Shown: in pieces, positions 58,821 to 64,000 of the stretch
Layout of the letters: each line of letters starts with the position of its first letter
How positions within the stretch are numbered: the stretch's first letter is position 1
Origin: Minisyncoccia bacterium
Lineage (GTDB): Bacteria > Patescibacteriota > Minisyncoccia > Phycocordibacterales > UBA9973
DNA length: 64,000 nt
Assembly (NCBI GenBank): GCA_049287305.1
Contig: JBAQFO010000009.1
Location: 108,558 to 172,557, forward strand
Reading direction: 5' to 3'
Translations under genes and position numbers: made by a program
The notes under the pieces: model-generated
The model's database searches: none
Told to the model about the DNA's origin: nothing
What the model saw: the letters and a program-made list of their open reading frames with translations, nothing else

Positions 58821-60092
58821 TTAGTATTCCCTCATTGAAACCTGAGCATCTACTTTTTTCATTAGGTCTAGAACTACGGAAACAACGATAAGCACTGATG
58901 TTCCGCCAAGTGCAAGAGATGCGATACCTGTCAGGTATTGCATTATAAGAGGCAAAACTGCGATAAACCCGAGGAACAATGCTCCTACGAGTGTTATACG
59001 GGTCAAAACCTTGGAAATGTATTCTGATGTGGATGGACCCGGACGAATTCCAGGAATGAATGCTCCATTCTTCTGTAAATTTTTAGAGAGAGCTTCAGGG
59101 TCGAAAGTCACGGCTGTGTAGAAGTAAGTGAAAAGAAAAACAAAGCCGAAATACAGCACCGCGTATAGCAGGCTTGTCTGTGAAAAGGACAGGAGAACGG
59201 AAGAAATTTTAACCAGCGCAGGCTGAGTAAAGCGCGCTAGAAACGTCCCTATCATTTGCGGAAAGAGCAAGATTGAGAGCGCAAATATGATTGGGATAAC
59301 TCCCGCTTGGTTAACACGAAGAGGAAGATAGGTAGATCCTCCGCCGAACATTTTTGCGCCTCGGACTTGCTTTGCGTAGGTTACCGGAATAGGACGCTCT
59401 GCTTCGGTCACGAGAACAATCCCCGCGATAACAAGAGCTCCTGCCACAACAAACCCCAAATAAAGAGGCACTTGAGAAACGTCAAAAGTGAAAGCTAGTT
59501 CGCTTACAGTGGCAGGAAGACGTGATACGATACCAGCGAAAATTATCAGAGATACTCCGTTACCGATTCCAAATTCAGATACCAGCTCACCTATCCACAT
59601 GAGCAGAACAGAGCCGGCTATAACTATAAGCAGATTCACAATTCGGTCAAAAGAAGTCAGGTTAAACAAAATTCCCTGTTGTTCAAGAATATATAAAAGG
59701 CTGAATCCCTGCACCGCGGCAAGCGGAACAGTAAGCAATCGTGAATATTGAGCAAATCTTTTTCTGCCTGCTTCTCCTTCCTCGCTGTATGCGCGCTTTA
59801 AAGCAGGAACCATCATGGTCAAAAGCTGCATGATAATAGACCCTGTAATATAAGGTCCTACTCCGAGCATTATAATAGAAAGGTTGGAAAGACCTCCTCC
59901 GGAAAATATATTCAATATGCCGAAAAATTGGTTGTTGGACAAAAATCTTGAAAGCGCCACGGTGTCTATCCCTGGGATTGGAATAGCGGAAAGCAATCTG
60001 AATACAATTAAAGCAAAAAGAACAAACATGACTCTCTTCCTGAGCCCCGCATCTGTCCAGATTAGTTTTAATTTATGAAGAAAATTTTGCAT
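58821..60092 (-). CDS. secY: Preprotein translocase subunit SecY
   Basis: 10-TM protein of 423 aa between rplO and adk, with SecY plug/hinge region patterns. Confidence 0.9.
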   Translation of the reverse strand: MQNFLHKLKLIWTDAGLRKRVMFVLFALIVFRLLSAIPIPGIDTVALSRFLSNNQFFGILNIFSGGGLSNLSIIMLGVGPYITGSIIMQLLTMMVPALKRAYSEEGEAGRKRFAQYSRLLTVPLAAVQGFSLLYILEQQGILFNLTSFDRIVNLLIVIAGSVLLMWIGELVSEFGIGNGVSLIIFAGIVSRLPATVSELAFTFDVSQVPLYLGFVVAGALVIAGIVLVTEAERPIPVTYAKQVRGAKMFGGGSTYLPLRVNQAGVIPIIFALSILLFPQMIGTFLARFTQPALVKISSVLLSFSQTSLLYAVLYFGFVFLFTYFYTAVTFDPEALSKNLQKNGAFIPGIRPGPSTSEYISKVLTRITLVGALFLGFIAVLPLIMQYLTGIASLALGGTSVLIVVSVVLDLMKKVDAQVSMREY

Positions 60093-60119
60093 TGCTTTAC
60101 TTTATTTTATTTGAAAGAG

Positions 60120-60422
60120 TTATCTAACCAGAATTTTTTTACCTTTTACCCCGAGACGCTTTCGGATTTCAGAAAACTTTTCGCCCTTGGAAGCCAGCTT
60201 GTCTTTTTCCACCATAAGGACTTTTTGAATGGACTTGAACTGATACCCCCTGTTCTTGGGCAGTTTTTTAATGATATCACGAAGTTCCGGGCGGCGTTTG
60301 TTCCCGGCCCGAGCTGTCTGCCCCTTGCCTCCTCGGCCGGAGGTTTTGGCATGTTTGCCTCCTCGGCCAACCAGCCTGTCTCCTTTGTTTTTATGAACTC
60401 TTTTTAAATTATGTATCTGCAT
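60120..60422 (-). CDS. rplO: 50S ribosomal protein L15 (short form)
   Basis: G/R/K-rich N-terminus GRGGKHAKTSGRGGKGQTARAG, positioned upstream of secY. Confidence 0.85.
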   Translation of the reverse strand: MQIHNLKRVHKNKGDRLVGRGGKHAKTSGRGGKGQTARAGNKRRPELRDIIKKLPKNRGYQFKSIQKVLMVEKDKLASKGEKFSEIRKRLGVKGKKILVR

Positions 60423-60434
60423 ATCTTTTGTTTA

Positions 60435-61001
60435 TTATTTTATTTCTTCGGGTGTAACCACGACCTCTTTGTTGGCAACTACGGTTGTTTCCGGAGCTGC
60501 TTTTGTGTATTTGGAAGAAATTTGCGAAAGAGCCGCCATAACTGCCTTGGCGTTGTTTAGTTTATTTTTGCTGTTAGACAATATTTTACCGGTAATATCT
60601 TTCATCCCCGATAGCTTGATTATGTCTCGAATAACGGAGCCAGCAACAAGTCCTCTTCCTTTGTTGGGCAAAAGCATAATGCTTGAGCTTGAGAATTTTG
60701 CGGAAAGTTCGTGAGGGATAGACATAGTCTTGGAAAGATTTAGTTTCACCATGTTTTTCTTCGCGTTTCTGAGAGCTTTGTTAATAGCGAGAGCTGTGTC
60801 TCCCGCTTTCCCCAAACCTAATCCCACACTGCCTTTCTTGTCTCCAGCCACAAGGGCCACGCTAAAAGAAAAACGGCGCCCTCCTGCCACGACACGAGTT
60901 ACTCTTCGTATATCCAATATCTTCTGGTCAAACTCCGGCTTTACTCTGTTGAAAGAGGATGAGCGGCGTCCAGTATTCTTTTTTTCAATTCTTTTTTCCA
61001 T
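60435..61001 (-). CDS. rpsE: 30S ribosomal protein S5
   Basis: dsRBD-like N-domain (RVTRVVAGGRRFSFSVALVAGDKKGSVGLGLGKA) and the S5 C-domain. Confidence 0.9.
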   Translation of the reverse strand: MEKRIEKKNTGRRSSSFNRVKPEFDQKILDIRRVTRVVAGGRRFSFSVALVAGDKKGSVGLGLGKAGDTALAINKALRNAKKNMVKLNLSKTMSIPHELSAKFSSSSIMLLPNKGRGLVAGSVIRDIIKLSGMKDITGKILSNSKNKLNNAKAVMAALSQISSKYTKAAPETTVVANKEVVVTPEEIK

Positions 61002-61018
61002 ACAAAATAAATCTATAA

Positions 61019-61360
61019 TTAAAATTCCAAACCGGAAGCCCTCGCTTCGTCAGCTACTAATTTGATTCTTCCCGTGTATTTGAATCCGTTTCGGTCAAAA
61101 ACAACTTGCTTGATTTTTTCCTTGAGGCAAGCTGCTCCGATCATTTTACCCACTTCTTTGGCGCGTTCTGTTTTGGTCCCTTTTGTTATTTTCACGTCAT
61201 TTGCTTGGGCCACGGTCTTGCCTGTCTGGTCGTTGATAACCTGAGCGTAAATAAATTTATTAGAGCGAAAAACGGTAAGACGTGGGCGCGCTTCGGTGCC
61301 GGAAATTTTTACCCTTATCTTTTTCTTTAATCTTATTCTTTTGTTCTGTTTCTTAATCAT
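61019..61360 (-). CDS. rplR: 50S ribosomal protein L18
   Basis: RPRLTVFRSNKFIYAQVINDQTGKTVAQA... is canonical L18. Confidence 0.9.
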   Translation of the reverse strand: MIKKQNKRIRLKKKIRVKISGTEARPRLTVFRSNKFIYAQVINDQTGKTVAQANDVKITKGTKTERAKEVGKMIGAACLKEKIKQVVFDRNGFKYTGRIKLVADEARASGLEF

Positions 61361-61380
61361 ATTTTTGTTTTATCGTAGCC

Positions 61381-61914
61381 CTAAACTGTTTTCTTGCCTT
61401 GTTTGCGTCTTATTACTTCGCCTTCATATCGCATTCCTTTTCCTTTGTATGGCTCAGGCTTCTTGAGCGCGCGAACCATAGCGGTAAAGCTACCGACTAA
61501 TTCCTTATCAATACCGGTAATGGTTATGTTGTTTTTCTCGGCGGTAGCGGTGAGGCCCTCGGGGATGGGAACAATAACAGGATGAGAAAACCCGAGCGCA
61601 AAATGCAATTCTTTACCTTTGACTTCGGACTTAAATCCCACTCCTTCCAAAATTAATTTCTTCTGATAAGGCTCTACCACTCCCTTTATCATGTTCACGA
61701 TATGGGAAGCGTAAGTGCCCCAAAGTGATTTGGAGAATTTATCGTTTCTCTTAATATTTAAAGTTACGTTTTTTTCTCCCACGGCAATCGTAATATCGTC
61801 CCTGAAAATTTTACTGATTGTTCCTTTTGGTCCGGTCACCGACAAAGTAGTCCCGTTTTGTGTGACTTTTACTCCGGCTGGTATTAATATTTCTTGTTTT
61901 CCTATTCTTGACAT
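61381..61914 (-). CDS. rplF: 50S ribosomal protein L6 (start set to internal ATG MSRIGKQ)
   Basis: MSRIGKQEILIPAGVKVT...; duplicated L6 alpha/beta domains. Confidence 0.9.
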   Translation of the reverse strand: MSRIGKQEILIPAGVKVTQNGTTLSVTGPKGTISKIFRDDITIAVGEKNVTLNIKRNDKFSKSLWGTYASHIVNMIKGVVEPYQKKLILEGVGFKSEVKGKELHFALGFSHPVIVPIPEGLTATAEKNNITITGIDKELVGSFTAMVRALKKPEPYKGKGMRYEGEVIRRKQGKKTV

Positions 61915-61930
61915 AATATTTTTATTTAAA

Positions 61931-62317
61931 CTACCAAAGTCGGAATAGCGCCTCCCCTCCCACCTGCTCCTTGCGGGCTTCTTTGCCTGATAAAATTCCT
62001 TTCGGTGTTGAAAGAACAAGGAGTCCGGTGCCGTTTCTGACAGAGTGAATATCTTTCATACCGAAATATACGCGCCTAGATTGCTTTGATATTCTTTCAA
62101 CTTCGGTGATTCTGGGTTTGTTGTCTACATACAAAAGTCCTACTTCCAATACGGGCTGTCCCTTTTTTATTTTTTTGGAAACTTCTCCCACGTATCCCGC
62201 TTTTTTTAAACATTCACCTATAGCGTTCTTCATCTTAGAATACGGAATAGCTACAGACTCTTTGCCTGCCAAGCTTCCATTCTTCATTATTATTATCATG
62301 TTTGAAATTGAGTCCAT
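61931..62317 (-). CDS. rpsH: 30S ribosomal protein S8
   Basis: S8 fold signature ...GVVGEVSKK...LLVLSTPKGILSGKEARKEQVGGEAL. Confidence 0.85.
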   Translation of the reverse strand: MDSISNMIIIMKNGSLAGKESVAIPYSKMKNAIGECLKKAGYVGEVSKKIKKGQPVLEVGLLYVDNKPRITEVERISKQSRRVYFGMKDIHSVRNGTGLLVLSTPKGILSGKEARKEQVGGEALFRLW

Positions 62318-62323
62318 ATATTT

Positions 62324-62509
62324 TTACCAGCTTGATTTTCTAACTCCCGGAAGCATCCCTTCGTTTGCTAATTCACGGAAACAAATACGACAAATGCCGA
62401 AGTCTCTCATAAAAGCATTTCCCCTTCCACAGCGAAAACATCGATTTTTCTGTCGAGTTGAGAACTTGGGTGTTTTTTTGCTTCGTGCTATAACTGATGT
62501 TTTTGCCAT
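62324..62509 (-). CDS. rpsN: 30S ribosomal protein S14, Zn-binding type (S14-Z)
   Basis: 61 aa with CFRCGR...CRIC zinc ribbon. Confidence 0.9.
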   Translation of the reverse strand: MAKTSVIARSKKTPKFSTRQKNRCFRCGRGNAFMRDFGICRICFRELANEGMLPGVRKSSW

Positions 62510-62675
62510 AAATAAATATTGCCCATTTATAGGTGATATCTTGTGTAATTTCTTAAAATCTCGCAGAGACCTTAAGGAGAAACACAGATCAAACCTAAAC
62601 CTTAGGACCTTTTCATACTAGCAGATTAGGCTAAAGTAGTCAAACTCAAAAAACTCTCTGTCACAGCTAACCAGA

Positions 62676-63317
62676 TTACAATAAATCTCGCTCTAATTGT
62701 GGTTCTCGATCTTCTTCTTTGAGTAGAACTGCATCTTTCTTTGCTCTACGTTCTACGAACTCTTGAACTGCGGTAATTTCATAATACTTATTAAAAAGCT
62801 TTTGAGCCAATTCCTGGCTTATTGGCTTCCCATCTGCAATCCCCCCAACAACACCACGTATAGATTGCCTTCTTTTCCCTAACTCGGAGTCGTGTGCCAA
62901 AAGTGTCGGTCTTTCACCCCGCCAATCAAATTCTATCTTAATAGCATGCTTAGGGGTAACTTTCTCTGGATTATTTGGGTCTACTTTACCTAATACTTTA
63001 CCCTCTAGAAAACCTTTGCCCTCTTCTCCTACTTCAGCTCCCGTGATACGTAATTGTATTCGTGGCAAATCTTCCACAGACAGTTCTGCTTCCTCTAAAA
63101 ATCCAGGTATTCTGCGTTTACCCTCGCCGGTACCGAATAGTAGAGCATAAGAGGACCTTTCGCGGAAACTAGACATTTTAGCTTGAACTGGCGTTAATTT
63201 TTCTTCTCCAAGCTCGTCACGCTTTTTTTGTTCTTCTTGTCTTGCTGCTGCTAAGGCAGCTTCGGCAGCTATAGCTGCTTCCGATTTACCTAGTTGTGAA
63301 GATTCCATTGATGACAT
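62676..63317 (-). CDS. Hypothetical protein (213 aa, Ala/Glu-rich N-terminus), sitting where rplE would be expected upstream of rpsN
   Basis: No ribosomal-protein signature; no family recognised. Confidence 0.4.
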   Translation of the reverse strand: MSSMESSQLGKSEAAIAAEAALAAARQEEQKKRDELGEEKLTPVQAKMSSFRERSSYALLFGTGEGKRRIPGFLEEAELSVEDLPRIQLRITGAEVGEEGKGFLEGKVLGKVDPNNPEKVTPKHAIKIEFDWRGERPTLLAHDSELGKRRQSIRGVVGGIADGKPISQELAQKLFNKYYEITAVQEFVERRAKKDAVLLKEEDREPQLERDLL

Positions 63318-63438
63318 ATTTGTACGCTGATAATTAATAATCTGGAAGTTTTACAGAGGCTTGCCAATCTCTTGAGATATATTGACTTGTTTATTGCTTA
63401 CATAATTCTAACCCTTAAATTATAGAAGTCAAGCAATC

Positions 63439-63466
63439 AAAAAATCCCCTTTCGGGGATTTTTTGA
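63439..63466. terminator. Bidirectional rho-independent terminator
   Basis: aaaaatcccc-tttc-ggggattttt is a perfect palindrome. Confidence 0.65.
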
Positions 63467-63573
63467 TTGACGATTTTTATTTCCCTCGGCCATAGCCTAC
63501 TGGCGAGGCTTCTTGCTGTCTTCTTCTTTCTTGAAAGGAATTCAAAAGACAGGCTTCTCTTTTAGATTTAAAT

Positions 63574-64000
63574 TTAAATACAACTACCCCCTTTGGTAAT
63601 AATTCCATTGCTGTTCGTGCCGTAATGAAAAAATACCGAGGGAAGAGCGTTGCTGCCGTTACCACATGAACGGGAGCCGTCGTTGCTCTGGGCAAAATGC
63701 GCCTGATTCTCCATGCGAAACACTATCATATACCACTGCTGAGAAGTTTGCCCCGGAGACCTGTATCCACTTGAATAATATGAATATGTATACCCTCCGT
63801 TATATCCGCAGCAAGCATTATTCGTCGGGTCAACGGGAAGTGCCGGAATATATGGTCTCAGGGCGTTCGCCAGGGCATTTGTTTGCCAAGTCGCATCCAC
63901 GCTATGAATCCAGCTTACTTGGGGATAATAACCAAAATTGGAATAATACAACTCTATGGCGGTTTGAAAAGACCTGATGTCAGAAAGTCGCTTGGCGTCC
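63574..64000 (-). CDS. Type IV pilin-like protein, 3' part (N-terminus lies beyond the window end)
   Basis: Reverse-strand frame is open to the window edge. It reads ...DAKRLSDIRSFQTAIELYYSNFGYYP..., the conserved segment after the pilin N-terminal helix, and the C-terminal domain has Cys pairs (CCGYNGG...C...C). Confidence 0.6.
   Translation of the reverse strand, partial: DAKRLSDIRSFQTAIELYYSNFGYYPQVSWIHSVDATWQTNALANALRPYIPALPVDPTNNACCGYNGGYTYSYYSSGYRSPGQTSQQWYMIVFRMENQAHFAQSNDGSRSCGNGSNALPSVFFHYGTNSNGIITKGGSCI

Noticed and set aside
60093-60434. Missing ribosomal protein L30 between rpsE and rplO treated as a possible annotation gap
   Set aside because: The rpsE-rplO gap is only 12 nt, so there is no room for a gene. 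L30 loss is a known trait of CPR-like lineages rather than an error.
63477-63977. ORFs 63477..63695 (-) and 63666..63977 (+)
   Set aside because: They overlap the better-supported pilin frame (63574-64000, minus) or lie antisense to it, and have no motifs.

Overview
This is a 64 kb chromosomal segment from a low-GC (about 40%) bacterium with a reduced genome that looks like Candidate Phyla Radiation / Patescibacteria. The tells are truncated ThrRS and PheS, an spc ribosomal operon without L30, compact overlapping genes, an archaeal-type UMP kinase, and a large type IV pilus locus. The strand is almost entirely minus-coded housekeeping. It includes NusB (partial), L32, ThrS, GyrB, PheST, TrhO, a UvrD-like helicase-nuclease, TerC, TruB, LigA, RecG, a B12-dependent RNR (NrdJ) with a PduO-type adenosyltransferase, FtsH, SmpB, IF3-L35-L20, nucleotide metabolism (Dcd, CYTH, Ndk), and the Map-PyrH-Adk-SecY-L15-S5-L18-L6-S8-S14 block. 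One contiguous type IV pilus / competence locus (16.3-29.7 kb) carries PilM-N-O, an IPT/TIG membrane protein, PilB, a CheY-like receiver, PilT, PilC, two major pilin paralogs, PilD, three minor pilins, a PilX-like LamG tip pilin, and a divergent ComFC. RNA genes I could read directly are tRNA-Ser(GGA) with an adjacent partial duplicate, a divergent pair of Ser-type tRNAs (one GCU, one with a noncanonical ACU anticodon), tRNA-Ile(UAU), and a tmRNA (ssrA) just downstream of smpB that is masked by a spurious plus-strand ORF. The items most worth follow-up are listed here. (1) An ~0.8 kb high-GC (~58%) island between gyrB and pheT carrying two SD-led small ORFs of unknown function. (2) A 17-nt direct duplication of the tmRNA 3' end, which looks like an att scar. 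(3) A 920-aa HerA/DUF87-type ATPase with a ~500-aa unrecognised N-terminal domain. (4) A 26-bp perfect inverted repeat overlapping the map stop codon. (5) An XRE-membrane protein cassette bracketed by the same palindrome, ATGTAAAG-N4-CTTTACAT. (6) A NUDIX gene with an in-frame TAA. (7) A non-ribosomal gene sitting where L5/L24/L14 should precede S14. I found no CRISPR array, transposase or rRNA.
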